Source: Octopus sinensis
Taxonomy: Eukaryota
Reading direction: 5' to 3'
Length of the DNA: 64,000 nt
NCBI RefSeq assembly: GCF_006345805.1
Contig: NC_043009.1
Span: 34,844,001 to 34,908,000 of the forward strand
Shown here: one piece after another, positions 1 through 12,805 of the stretch
Layout: each line of letters starts with the position of its first letter
Numbering within the stretch: the first letter of the stretch is position 1
Made by a program: the position numbers and the translations under genes
Notes under the pieces: model-generated
The model's input: only the letters and a program-made list of their open reading frames with translations
Told to the model about the DNA's origin: nothing
Databases searched by the model: none

Positions 1-129
1 ATGATACTGGCTAGTCAGTCAGTTTTTCGGGGTTGCATTTTGGTTAGAGTCATGCTGTAGGATAAATATAATAATGACAATAATTCTAGGAGGGAATTTA
101 TAAATATTTAATACATCGCGACGTGCGTT

Positions 130-239
130 TCCATAAATCACACGATTTTAACATCAGAGTCGGTATCCTTGGGATTAGTACAAATTAGTCTGTATTATCC
201 GTGGGCATCATCATTGATCCATTTCATCAGGCGATACTG
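130..239 (-). mobile_element. Diverged fragment of the PLE 3' module seen at 30098-30205
   Basis: catcagagtcggtatccttgggattagtac and ccgtgggcatcatcattg align with catcaaactcggaatcttggggataggtag and ccgtgggatattatgg at 30113-30187. Confidence 0.5.
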
Positions 240-405
240 AGATCTGCACCCGCGGTCGGCTTCACCCGGGCTCGCGTCCGCGGCTTCCATGCACGCCGCG
301 GCACCCTCCTACTCGACCGGGCATCGGAAAGTCGCCTCGCCGGCGATCGCGCAACCTGTCGCCCGGCCGGTCCGGCATCGGTCGCTCGCTCCAGCGCCAT
401 CCATT
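240..405 (-). pseudogene. 28S: 28S rRNA fragment (orphon or retrocopy)
   Basis: GC-rich island. agatctgcacc..cacccgggctcgcg..ccctcctactcg..cgctccagcgccatccatt matches the reverse complement of conserved eukaryotic 28S sequence. Flanks are non-ribosomal. Confidence 0.85.
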
Positions 406-816
406 AGAGGATTATTCACAGAGGGATGTTTATCCTTTCTTGCCAGTATGAAAGCCTCTCTAACTATGTGAGTATTTCTGTATGTACTTAGGAGGGGGAG
501 GAAGGTGATGGGAGTAAAAGAAGGTATGGTAGTAATATGGGGATGGAGATGTGTGTGGTGGTGTTGGATTTATCTGCTATTCATTCTGCAGACTTTAAAG
601 ATGGTCATTCATTCAGCAGATTTAAGAAAGGTAGTACATTACATTCATAACTTCAATAAATTCTGAACTCAACAGGTCAGCTGCTATTCAGTGGAGTTTG
701 TTGACCAAATTGATTATTACAACTGCTCTTGTAGTGACATTTTCATTGTTTCTATGAATAACCGATGTCGTAAAGTTCCATGAGAGATCCTGGCTTTCGT
801 GAACATGTACAAGCGC

Positions 817-1033
817 AAGGCAGCGAGCTGTCAGAAATGTTAGCACGCCGGGCGAAATGCTTAACTGTATTTCACCTGTCTTTGTGTTCTGAGTTCAAAT
901 TCTGCCGAAGTCGACTTTGCCTTTCATCCTTTCGGGGTCGATAAATTAAGTACCAGTTGCGTACTTGGATCGATATAATCGACTGGCCCATTACCCCACA
1001 ATGTCGGGTCTTGTGCCTAGAGTAGAAAAGAAT
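817..1033 (+). mobile_element. tRNA-derived SINE family A (core cctttcatcctttcggggtcgataaattaagtaccagt, Nin/Deu-like)
   Basis: Head aaggcagcgagctgtcagaaatgttagcacgccgggcgaaatgc, B-box-like gagttcaaattc, and the same core recurs more than 15 times in the window. Confidence 0.85.
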
Positions 1034-1225
1034 ATGTAGAAGCGTATAGTGTCGGTACAGGTATCGAGCGTAAACCACGTGGTAGCCTTTGTAAGAAACT
1101 CCGTATATGGGTCGCGAATGGATCGCCAGTGGATCATATATCCGGAAAAAAGTGCGAATATGGATTGAAATTTCCTCCTCTGTGTTAGAGAATGAAAAAA
1201 TAAACCGAGTGGAAATTCTTAAAAG

Positions 1226-1227
<2 letters not shown>

Positions 1228-1274
<47 letters not shown>

Positions 1275-1340
1275 TACGTGCGCGCGTGTGTGTGTGTGTG
1301 TGTTTGTGTATGTGTGGGTGTATATGTGCCTGCATGTGTG
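1228..1340. repeat. (TG)n microsatellite
   Basis: Direct reading. Confidence 0.95.
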
Positions 1341-1904
1341 TGATGGCGAAATTATTTAAGGTGTCAAAAATTACTGCATCGAGTAAATTTGTATGCTTTG
1401 CAAAATGTCGGACTGATCTTTCTTTACTGATCAAGGGACAACAGTTGACATGTTTCGGTTTATTTGGCCTCATCAGCATAAAATGATCTAATTGAGTCTG
1501 TAAAAATATGCAAAGTATTCCTTAAACAATTTAAGTAAACCTTTTTCTGTATGTTTAAACCTATACACTGAGCTGCTGTCTAGGCTAGACTGTACCCTGC
1601 TGGTGATATACAATGAGCTGACACAGATATCAATGAATATCTCTTCAAAATAAAGGTTAAACTCTCCTTTCTTTAAAGATGTACTATGAAAATTATTTTT
1701 GAATTATCTCCCCTTCTTATTGAGACCCGATATCAATAGTCACTGGGTTTACGTTTAGGAAAGAAATGACAATAAATAAATTATTCATTATATACAGCTT
1801 TCTGACATGATCTTTATAATTTAATTAATCAAATTCATAGTATTGGTCTCTTTAGATCTCTTTTACATAAACGTATTTGTATGTACATGAACATTATATA
1901 AACA

Positions 1905-2010
1905 TAATTTTATACATACATACGTATACATACATACGTATACACACATACGTATACATACATACATATATACATACATACACACACACGCATACACACA
2001 CACACACACA

Positions 2011-2060
<50 letters not shown>
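1905..2060. repeat. (TACA)n/(CA)n microsatellite
   Basis: Direct reading. Confidence 0.95.
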
Positions 2061-2278
2061 AATGGGTAACAAAGATGTACAGGTGTCAATTCATTGCGGC
2101 CATTTGAAGTGTCTCCTTTAATTGATTAATGCAGACATTACATCATTGCAAAGAAACCGTTTTCGTCAGATGACTGTATAGACTTCACACACAAAAGACA
2201 AACCAATTGCTTTAACATATTCGTATCACCACCGGAGCTCAAATATTGACATTGATTCGGCCTTTATATCTTTATAAC

Positions 2279-2600
2279 AGGCGGCTGGCTTAGTGGCTCG
2301 GGCATTCAGCTCACGATTATAAGGTCGTGAGCTTAAATTCTGGCGACGCGTTGTGTCCGCGTGCAAGACACTTTATTTCACATTATTCCAGTTCTCTTAG
2401 CTGGCAAAAATGAGTAGTACCCGTATTTCAAAAGGCCAGCCTTGTCACCCTCTGTGTGACGCTGAATCTCCCTGAGAACTACGTTAAGGGTACACGTATC
2501 TGTGGAAATACTCAGCCACTTGCATGTTAATTTCACGAGCAAGCTGTTCCGTTGATCGTATCAACTGGGGCCCTCGTCGTTGTAAGCGATGGAGTGTTCC
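2279..2600 (+). mobile_element. tRNA-derived SINE, head B (CORE-like gcaagacactttatttcac) plus tail X
   Basis: tggcttagtgg A-box. The tail gtatttcaaaaggccagccttgtcac...ggagtgttcc is shared with 29032-29416 and 42787-43170. Confidence 0.8.
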
Positions 2601-2703
2601 TTTATATATATATATATATATATATATAATGTACATGCATACCGATATATAAATGTGTGTATGTTTTTTTCTTATTGTAATTCTATTTCTTATTCTGTTT
2701 CAG

Positions 2704-2874
2704 GTTAATGACAGAGTCAAATCAAAGCGATTTAAGTGGATTCGCGACCCCAGAGGTCAACAGAAGGCAGCATATATTGACTTTTTGGCTCGGATAACTT
2801 TTCCAATAGCCTTTGGTATATTCTGTATAATATATTGGCTTGTCTATGGAGTAGTTGGGGTGAAAGAAGAATAA
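2704..2874 (+). CDS. Terminal coding exon (TM4) of an anion-selective Cys-loop ligand-gated ion channel subunit (glycine/GABA/GluCl receptor-like)
   Basis: Polypyrimidine tract and ttcag acceptor at 2699-2703, phase 0. VNDRVKSKRFKWIRDPRGQQKAAYIDFLARITFPIAFGIFCIIYWLVYGVVGVKEE* carries the IDxxARxxFPxxFxxFxxxYWxxY TM4 signature. Candidate AATAAA at 3034-3039. Upstream exons were not identified in the window. Confidence 0.88.
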   Translation, partial: VNDRVKSKRFKWIRDPRGQQKAAYIDFLARITFPIAFGIFCIIYWLVYGVVGVKEE

Positions 2875-3213
2875 ATTCTCCCTCCATCTCCATTTGTAAC
2901 TAACCTCTCTCCCTCCCTCCTTCCTCCCCTCCTTTCTTTCTCCCATTTTTGCTTTAAACCCCATAACTCAATACATTTTCTTTATTTCCCATCCTGAAAT
3001 TGTGTATTTATCTGTCTCTCTGTCTGTCTCTTAAATAAAATATAACAAGATTTCGGGCATATGAACACATTCAGTTTACGAAAATACAAACATGCATAAC
3101 AAACATGTGTGTGCTTTGCGTGTACATACACACACATAAGAACACGCACCTGTAGATTCGCGCACGCGCGGACACACAAAAATACACATACATACACACT
3201 CACGCAAACACAC

Positions 3214-3249
<36 letters not shown>

Positions 3250-4019
3250 AACACACACCCCACAAACGCACACACAGAGACATTTCAATATAGATAGTTT
3301 CCTAAGTACGTATGTAGAGGGAAAAGATCTACTTAGATTATCGTGGTAATCTACACTAGAATATAAATCAATATTACAGAAGCATTAAACACATGGTTTA
3401 ATATATGAGAATATTCTGTCTGTCGTTTTTAATCAAAGATATCCACAGCAGTTATTTCAGTTAACCTTCCCTTCTCACATGATGTTACCACACAGTCGCT
3501 TACTCTGTGGAATATTTCCATTTCCACACTCACTATTGCTAGGTAGTTATTGACCCTGTGTTCGGTCCATCCGTCCTCTTGACAGCTCTTGTGTTTTTGT
3601 CCTAAATGACTGGCAACCCTCGTCACCGGGCTAGCCTGGAGGAGCAGGTTGAGACGCCGACCACCCAACCATGCTTAGACGTTGTATTGGATTAAGATGT
3701 TAACAGTAGCACTCAAAGCGACTAGCAACACATGCAAACATACATTCACACTTATATATACACACTGACAAACATACATACTTATATATCATGAATATAT
3801 ACATGCCTTCTTATACATACGCGCGCGCACACACATATACACACATACATAACAATACAGTAATTATACAATATTAATGCACATACCTACTCTAACTTAA
3901 CACTGAGTTCTGTGTTTTCTCTATGTAATCACACGTTGATAAGTATTACAGTATATACAAGTGGGTATTTTTCAAGCAAATTCTGCGTTATGCTGTACTA
4001 TATGGTTACATACATACAT

Positions 4020-4062
4020 ATGAATATATTATATATATATATATATATATAATATATATATA

Positions 4063-4152
<90 letters not shown>

Positions 4153-4176
4153 ATATAAATAAATATATATATTATA

Positions 4177-4214
<38 letters not shown>

Positions 4215-4240
4215 AGATATATATATATATATATATATAT
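4020..4240. repeat. (TA)n microsatellite
   Basis: Direct reading. Confidence 0.95.
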
Positions 4241-4273
4241 AATCAAAATAAGCCAGAAGGATATCCAGAGATA

Positions 4274-4347
4274 ATGCAGTACGATCGTTTCAAGGAATTC
4301 CATTTAATTCAACAATGCAATCATTTAAATACAGAGTAATCCTCAGC

Positions 4348-4352
<5 letters not shown>
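4274..4352 (-). ncRNA. Type I hammerhead-like motif in a PLE pLTR remnant
   Basis: Minus strand: atgcag CTGAGGA ...48 nt... GAAAC GATC GTA ctgcat. Stem I is 6 bp and helix III is the palindrome ACGATCGT. Stem II is not evident. Confidence 0.55.
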
Positions 4353-4407
<55 letters not shown>

Positions 4408-4634
4408 AATATATATATTATATATATATATATATACATACATATATATATATATAAACTATAATCTATTTTAACATCTATGTTGGACTGTATTTAATAA
4501 ATTAAATCATATACTCATTATTTCTATATATAAGTTTTCATACCTATACAAATTTAATAAAGTAAATTCAAATGTAAAGTACGAAGAAACATTATAAATC
4601 TTTGTAAATTATTCCAATTAAAATTCATCCGTTA

Positions 4635-4670
<36 letters not shown>

Positions 4671-4695
4671 ATATATATATGTATGACTGTCATAT

Positions 4696-4748
<53 letters not shown>

Positions 4749-6203
4749 GTATGACTATCATACATTGGCAAACACGTAACGATACATCACCCTCCACGCG
4801 CGCGCACTTATTTACACACACAAACATATACACCCACATACACATACGCACGCACACACATAACATTGCAAAGCAATTCTAAATATAAGAAAAAAAACTA
4901 GACTAAAGATGAAACTCTGGATTGAGAGTTCGTTATATTTTGTTGTATTGGTATACAGTTTGACGTGTTTGTGTTTATTATATTTTCCCCATCTTTCAAC
5001 CAGCCCCAGCAACGATATTCAAGATCAGACTTTGTCCTAACCTCGGTACCCCTTTATAAGCATCCATCCGCGCACAACAGAATACATGAAACACCTGATA
5101 TCGCTAAATGAAATATCAGCTCTACTGTTCTGTTCCTGTTTATCAATTGTTTTTGTTATGGCGCAGAGATAGGTTGGCTCACATGCTGTTGAGACCTATG
5201 ATGAAAAGCGTTCCAACTGTGACCATTCCATCGAATTTTCTCATTCCTGTTGTGTTATGACAACAGTATGCAATGTGATCATTCTCCTTTTTGTGACGAA
5301 CACAGGACGTTGTGATTTGAGGGAGATTTTGGCTGTTATTTCAAGCAGGTCGACAACTGTTACGTAACGACGCACCCACGGGATCGTCGCTGTTTTTCTA
5401 TTTACTATTTACCGTTTATGAAATTTTGGAAGCATGAGTCCTTGATATTTGCAACCGCTAAATCAAAGAAACTCCATAATAAGACCCAAAACTAAACCTC
5501 TATAGAGACTTCTTGCTTTAGCGACGACCTCTCTGTAGTTGTATCCCATGTCTACAAGTAAACACAGCCACTTGACTAGCCCACGCCAAATGGCCTTACG
5601 TATCGATTCCCCTGGCAGTGACATCAAGGTCATTTTATTTTACAATCAAGAGTGTAGGTTTTGCTTTCCAGACATTCCGACAAATATCCTAATAGCTGAC
5701 GTTACTTTTCCTGTAATCAAAGTTCTGAGTAGACCGGACTAATAAACCTAATATCAAACGAAACACCACAGAAGGCACAGTTCAACGTTTAAAATAATGT
5801 TCCTATAGTGTTCAGTTTTGCTGTTAATTCTCCTTGTAACACTAGCTACCAGACACATAATCAACTCGCTCTGCTTTTCAACATCATGGATTCTACATGA
5901 ATATTTATGTTCCCAAAGAGGCAAAGTATAGCCCACTAAGTCATATGAAATGCATCAACTTGACATGGCCCGCAATAAACTTGCAAAGTTCCTTTATTTG
6001 GCTTGTTTAACATATTTGATAGATATGGTTTTCCCAAAGTTCACGAAGGAGATACGGCAGAATTCACACGGGAAATATGCCAAGGACAATCATGAAAGTA
6101 TAGTAATTATGAGTGTGTAAACTGTAACGATAACCGAGATTGAATAAATATTTCGACGAAGATATCACACACGCACACATAAGCGCACGCTTACACACGT
6201 ACT

Positions 6204-6259
<56 letters not shown>

Positions 6260-6599
6260 GTGCATATGTGTGTATGTATGTGTATTTCTACATAAGTATA
6301 TGCGTATATACATATATATTGTTTCAAATCTGGAGTTAGAAGCAGCTCAGTCATGTAAACATTATCAATATCACATACTTAATTTATGTGTGTTGTTAAG
6401 CGCTTGTTACTTAAAAGACTTATAGACATATATACAATATAATCTATTTGGTGATATAGAAATGCGTTGCGCAATTAGAACAACACACATACATAATGTA
6501 TGATTATATTATTCAGCTGCTTTCAGCGCAATAGTTGAATTTTGTACTTGTGCGGCGCTTTTACACATCAGCAGATTCGTTTCGAAATTAGAGTGTGTA

Positions 6600-6650
6600 C
6601 ACAACACTGATGAGTAGAAAACACCACGAAATATCAATATATGTCATTCT
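6600..6650 (+). ncRNA. Degenerate hammerhead-like motif
   Basis: CTGATGA gtag-aaaaca-ccac GAAA tatcaatatat GTC. Stem I does not pair. Confidence 0.3.
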
Positions 6651-6885
6651 CGTTTACTTCCGGTGCGATTTCGTTTCGCCTAAAGTTGAAGTATACTACA
6701 TTTTTTGACTCTATACGTCATTATTAGACGACCTCTCTCAGACGAAATATTGCAGCTACAAGCATTCAGTAAGTCACATACATTACGTATGTTTTATATA
6801 TATATATATATATATACGTACATACATAGATATATACATACATTCATAGATATATACACACATACATACATATATATATACATAT

Positions 6886-6975
6886 ATATGTATAATAAGT
6901 TAGTGGTATAACAATGCGCCAATATTTACTGGAAACAGTAGTCAATAATATACGACACTATAGTAAAGCTTCATC

Positions 6976-7039
<64 letters not shown>

Positions 7040-7950
7040 ATGGATGAACGAATTATCCTTTGTTTACCGTTGTTAACATGGAAAATTCAATAAACACTAA
7101 CCAGGGTAGCAAAATTCACGCAAGTAACAAGGATGTAGCGACCTATTCAAAGGTAGAAACTCCGGGTTAATGTGCAGTAATTTGTGTAGTATAAGTAAAT
7201 ATATGGAGTTGAACGCAGAAGCTATTCAAATTCTTTTTTTTCTTGAATAGCATTTTTCTTGAATAGAATTTGAATAGCATCTGCATTCAACTCCAATTAT
7301 TTACTTATATATATATATATATATCGGCAAACATCTTTGCCGGCGGCGAACATATACGATTTCATCCTATCTGTAAGAAGAACATTAAATATATGTCCAA
7401 CTCAGATGTGGATAATCTAGGACCTAGGTTTCGAAATTTTCAAATTACGTTTTTTTAACGTTAATTTGATAAGTTCTCATTGGCTACACTCACCTAATCA
7501 AAATCTCAAATGTCACTACATCAATGTCAGTATATACTCGTCCGAAACACTTGGCCGTTAACAGACCGAAAACGGTGAAAATGTTTTCAAAGAAAAAACT
7601 ATTAAATAGTTCCCAGTAAAGCAAAGCACCATAAAGTATAAATAAATTAGTGGTACTACAATGCACCAAAATTTACTGGAAATAGAAGTCGATAATATAT
7701 GACACTATAGTAAAGCCTCACTCTATATATATATGGCAAACATGTTTGCGAGCGACGAACGAAAAAAATTTCATTTTACCTGTCGGAAGAATATTAAATA
7801 AATGAACAACCCAGATGTGGATAATCTAGGACCTAGGTTTCGAAATTTTCAAATTACGTTTGTTAACGTAAATTTGATTAGTTCTCATTGGCTACACTCA
7901 CCTAAACAAAATCTCAAATGTCGCTACATTAATTCCAGTATATACCCGTC
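6886..7950. repeat. Diverged direct duplication (~310-bp unit); first copy interrupted by an insertion
   Basis: 6886-6975 plus 7325-7540 align with 7634-7950, e.g. cagatgtggataatctaggacctaggtttcgaaattttcaaattacg is present in both. Confidence 0.85.
7192..7307. repeat. ~42-bp imperfect inverted repeat
   Basis: taagtaaatatatggagttgaacgcagaagctattcaaattc / gaatttgaatagcatctgcattcaactccaattatttactta. Confidence 0.85.
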
Positions 7951-7951
7951 C

Positions 7952-8027
<76 letters not shown>

Positions 8028-8289
8028 TCGAAAATTAGAAAATTACACTCAAAGAAGAAAACTCCGGTGCTGGATAAATATTTCAACAGAGGATATACGT
8101 GTCATAAATACATATTCATCTCACGTAATTACAATAAATAAGATCCATTTAATGGTTTGATAACTTGCTATTAGAATTCTAATAATAATCCTTAATTGTT
8201 TTCCACTGGAAATTATTAATGCCTTACTAAATAATATCAAATATTTTAAGTGAGAATAGAAACCGCGAGAAGAATTCATTATTGAGACC

Positions 8290-8800
8290 TTACAGCTTTT
8301 GACCAGGGCTCATCACGCTTTAACAGTTTTATGTGAGTTTTTACTGAGCTACCTGGTTCACCTTCGTCTTATTATTATTATTGAAATGTAAAAATGAGTT
8401 TGCATGCTACATTAATGGTTCTGTGTTGTGTTGTTGATGTTATATGTTTTAGAGTTATATGTCTATAGAGTCCATGATGTGAGGGTCGTGTTAGAAATGG
8501 ACGACAACCATGTAGAATGGGAACTATATGAAGTTGTCGTCGCGTGTCATGTGTCAATTATGCGAGAGGATGTGCTGTGTTAATTCATTGGGTGGTGATT
8601 GTAAAAGGCATTTCCTGTGGCATAATATTTTCAGATGGGGTCACTCCATAGAGTTTTTTTTCTATTTCACAGGGTTGTGGTATGTGTAGTTAGCAGAACG
8701 CGAACTGTTTTAAATGTAGAATTGAATCGGAATTGTGTTCATTAGGGTGTCAGCTGTGTCTAGCAGTACAACCTATCGCACAATGTGTAATATTGTGAAC
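8290..8800 (-). mobile_element. Probable degenerate Penelope-like GIY-YIG 3' remnant
   Basis: Minus translation ...LTQHILSHN..F.FPFYM.. resembles the PLE C-terminus and is followed by the decayed core gtgatgagccctggtcaaaag. Confidence 0.35.
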
Positions 8801-9079
8801 GCTGGTATAGTTTGTATGGTTTTGTTCATATTTTTGTTATGATCCCTACTGTGCCAATTTAATAATGTTGGTATTATGTTCACTTTCATTTTATACTTAC
8901 CGTTTATTTCAGTTTCTTTGTATTCTGATAGCTTCTGCTTCTTTTCCTGGTCAGTGCCTTGGTCAGAGAGGAGCAACATATTTATCAGAGTAGCAGCGGT
9001 ATATTTCTCTCCCCTTAATCATTATATTCAGGCGGTGCCGCGTTGATCTCATTATCATTAATACTATCATTGACAATAG

Positions 9080-9232
<153 letters not shown>

Positions 9233-9234
9233 TT

Positions 9235-9447
9235 CCAAATTTTAGCGTAGCGCCATCAAGTTTGGGGAAGGGTGTAAGTCGATTATATCAGCCCCAATCG
9301 TCTACTGGTATTTATTTTATCGACCCCCTGAAGAATGAAAGGCAAAAGTCTACCTCGGGGAAATTTGAAAACAGGACTTAACGACGAACTAAATGCCGCT
9401 AAGCATTTTGCCCGGCGTGATAAAGATTCTGTCAGCTCGCCGCCTTA
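9235..9447 (-). mobile_element. SINE family A
   Basis: Reverse complement of the family A head and core. Confidence 0.8.
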
Positions 9448-9464
9448 ACAATATTAATAATAAT

Positions 9465-9662
9465 CCTTTCTACTATAAGAACAAAACTTGAAATATTTGG
9501 TGTGGGGGTAAATCGAATATATCGATCCCAGTACTCTAACTGGTACTTATTTCATCGACCTTGAAAGGATGAAGAGCAAAGTCGATCACAGTAGAATCTG
9601 AGCTTTAGAACTTAAAGACGGACGAAATGCTGCTAACGATTTTGCCAGCTCATCGCCTTCTT
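9465..9662 (-). mobile_element. SINE family A
   Basis: Second tandem minus-strand copy. Confidence 0.75.
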
Positions 9663-9700
9663 TAATAATAGTGAGAAAGAATCAAAGAAAACTGACCATA

Positions 9701-9862
9701 GGCACAAGCGTGGCTCTGGGGTAAGAAGCTTGCTTCCCAACCACATGGTTCTGGGTTCAGTCCTACTGCGTGGCACTTTGGGTGTGTTCTACTACAGCCT
9801 CGGGCCGACCAAAGCCTTCTGAATGGATTTGGTAGACGGAAACTGAAAGTAGCCCATTGTAA

Positions 9863-9901
<39 letters not shown>

Positions 9902-10116
9902 AATGAGACGTTGTGTCTGTATTTGTTCCCCATCGCCGCTTGACAACCGGTGTTGGTTGGTGTGTTTACGTCCCTGTAACATACCGGTTCGGCTAAAGAG
10001 ACCGATAGAATAAGTACTAAGCTTTAAAAAAGTCCTGGGATCGATTTGTTCAACTAAAACCATTCAAGGCAGTGCTCCAGCATGGCCCAGTCAAATGACT
10101 GAAACACGTAAAAGAA
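9701..10116 (+). mobile_element. tRNA-derived SINE family C (CORE-like ggcaccttgggcaagtgtctt, internal microsatellite, tail gctccagcatggccgcagtcaaatgactgaaac)
   Basis: Full head, core, (TG)n and tail; about 10 related copies in the window. Confidence 0.85.
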
Positions 10117-12805
10117 TAAAAAAATATATAATAAAGAAATGAAAAATAGGTGTCCATACACTGATAAATAGTTTAGTCCCTTAAGATTAGAAGGGAGAAG
10201 GCGAGAAGAAACTTTCAAATTACAAGGAGCCCAAAATAAGGCAATAAAAACTATATACGGATGTGTTTACCTGCTCCGCCTCACATTTAATTCCCAGTTC
10301 CCATTTTTTTTTCTCAAAACAATCAAAGACCTGATGGAACAACAAAACGAACTGAAGGGAAGACGAAGAATGTAACCATAATGTGTTGGTTGACGATTAT
10401 AGACTGACATTTTGTAGAATATCTCAAAATGCTAGAGTATTATGGAGAAGGCACACATGCAGTCTATAAAGTCACAGACATTTTCGGATAAAGCAGTTTC
10501 GGGCATAGCAATTTCGTGGAGTTTCAAGCGTCCACGACAATGGGCTGCTCGGGCAGACCTATACTAACTAATGGTGTCTCGCTCTTGTGTGGGTGGGTAA
10601 CTCGAACATGTTTTTACATTAATATTATATCTTGTTTAATTATTGTGTATTTTATGTAATTTTCTATTTACTCTGTTTTTTATCAAATTTTAATAAGTTC
10701 ACTGTATAATATTTGCACCCCCTCCCCTCGATTTTATATAACTTCATCGTGTCCGGTCCCACTTGTTTTGTAGCCTTCCATCCAGGTTTTAACGTTTATT
10801 AAATGTGTAAGTCCTTGAGGATAATAAAGAACAATTATTATCATTGTTATTATCATTATTATTATTGTTATTATGATAATTTATATTTTATGCTGGAAGA
10901 CATCTAACCTACTCAGACGTCATTCTTTTTGCCTCGGAGCGAAATAGTTTTACTGTGCGGAATATAGTTATACTTAAATTACTGGCAAAGTGATTGATTT
11001 GAAAAGTCTGGAGTCTATTTATGTAGGATCTAGACGAATTCCAAGTTACACTCTTCAAAAGAATAAAAGAGGAACGAATATTCACGTGCACAGGGCACGT
11101 AAGAAAAACCCAGAAAACATTGTACACAAAGAGACGAGATGCAACAGAAAAAATATATTAATGACAATTATGTTGAGAGCATTTTGCTAATGTAAACAAT
11201 ACTAGTTTCAGTGCTCAAAAACATTATCTCTCCCTCTCTCCTTTTCTCTCCCCCCTCTCTCTCTCGTACGCGCGCGTGCCAGGTACCAAACCAAAATACT
11301 AAAAACGTTAGATATGAATTCAGTTTTGTCCGTGTGACAAGTCAGACGGGGACCCGAAAATAGAGAATTTTCTCTAGTAAAGGGAGACTGCTGCGCAAGA
11401 CAAGTTATTTCTGTCTGAATAATACATACTACAACGAGCAAAATATAAATATCCTCATTTGTGATTTTTTAAGAGCAATTGGAAAAGACATACATGTTTT
11501 ATCTGGTGAAATTCTCTCATTTGATCTTAGTAAGGCATGCTGAACGGTATGCTGTGTTTTTAGTACCGAGAACTTGGCCTTAAAATAGGCTACCCATACA
11601 CTCGCGCTCCAGTGTCTGAGGAAAAGAAATACAAAAGCTCAGTCGTTATACTTGTGTCAGTAAAAACCTTTTGAGGGCATTTTACGTTGAAGAGTTGAAA
11701 AAGTTAGGAAGGCGAAGACAAAGTCAAGACTGAGAACAACAGAGGCAGCAAGACCCATTTTCTATTACGCCTTTAATCACAGCTCCAGAAATGGTAGATC
11801 ATTTTCCGGATATCATTTTGCGGCCGATGTTGGAAACAAATAAACAACCCATCTGTAGCAAACACCATTGGCACCCTATTTTCTCGTGATCAGCATAAAA
11901 TAGAGGAGTACCAAGAAGAATTAACACCGAATGTACAAAAGGACAAAATCAAGGAAAACTTTGAAAGAGAAGAGTGGTTTCCAACAAGAGAGAAAGGAAA
12001 GTCTTTTTTATGAGAAAATAAGAGTTACGAGAGAGCTTTCTTAGAAGCTTGTAAAGTGGAAGGAGAAAGGGAGATAACGAAGGTGGCAGAAGGAAAGCAG
12101 AGTCAGCAATACTAGCAGAAGCACCCACATGCTACTGTTTCCAAAACATCACCTATTACAGCTCCATCAACGAAGCTGAAGCTGACAATCAGGAAAACTA
12201 AAAATCCTCTCTCAATAATATAAGTCCATCGTCTTGTGATAATAGAGAGAGAGAGAGAGAGAGAAACGATTATATGAAAGCTAATGAATCCAAAACCAAA
12301 GTGTAGCTGAAACAATATATGAAAAGAATCCTGTTCCTAACGAAGACTGGCGAATGAAAATCATGAGCCTGAAATCAAAGAGGGTGTTCTGAAATGCAGT
12401 AATGAAGACGGTCTTTTGTTCGAGGAAGGAGAAAAAGGGCAGGATTTTGGGCAATATTCAAACGATGCATTTTTATTGAAAATTAGCACCATAAAACAAT
12501 CATTTCCAGTTGATGTTGCATTCTATAAAGAAAATATTCAGTTGTATCTCGGTGTATCAATTTCCAAGAATGATTGGTAGACAGCCAAGTTAATTGAATG
12601 TGTTGACCCAACTTAGCTAATTGTTTGTCACCCATGTGGGTGGAGAGTAGCCCTATTCGTTTTCAACCTTTCTTTAGATTATATCTTTTGTTAATTATAA
12701 CGATAATTATTATAATTATTAACAAAAAAAGAATGAGACCTCGATTTTAGATCAGTAGAGGACTATTTATATATGTTATAATTTAGAATTTAAAAGGTTG
12801 TCATT

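Noticed and set aside
201-471. GC-rich ORFs 201-407 and 289-471
   Set aside because: They are antisense readings of the 28S rRNA fragment.
2704-2874. Cephalopod chemotactile receptor or nAChR
   Set aside because: The TM4 motif ending FxxxYWxxY is of the anion-channel type, not the nAChR-derived type.
3429-3668. 79-aa minus-strand ORF in unique sequence
   Set aside because: No recognisable motif, no ATG start and no convincing splice sites; likely UTR or old repeat.
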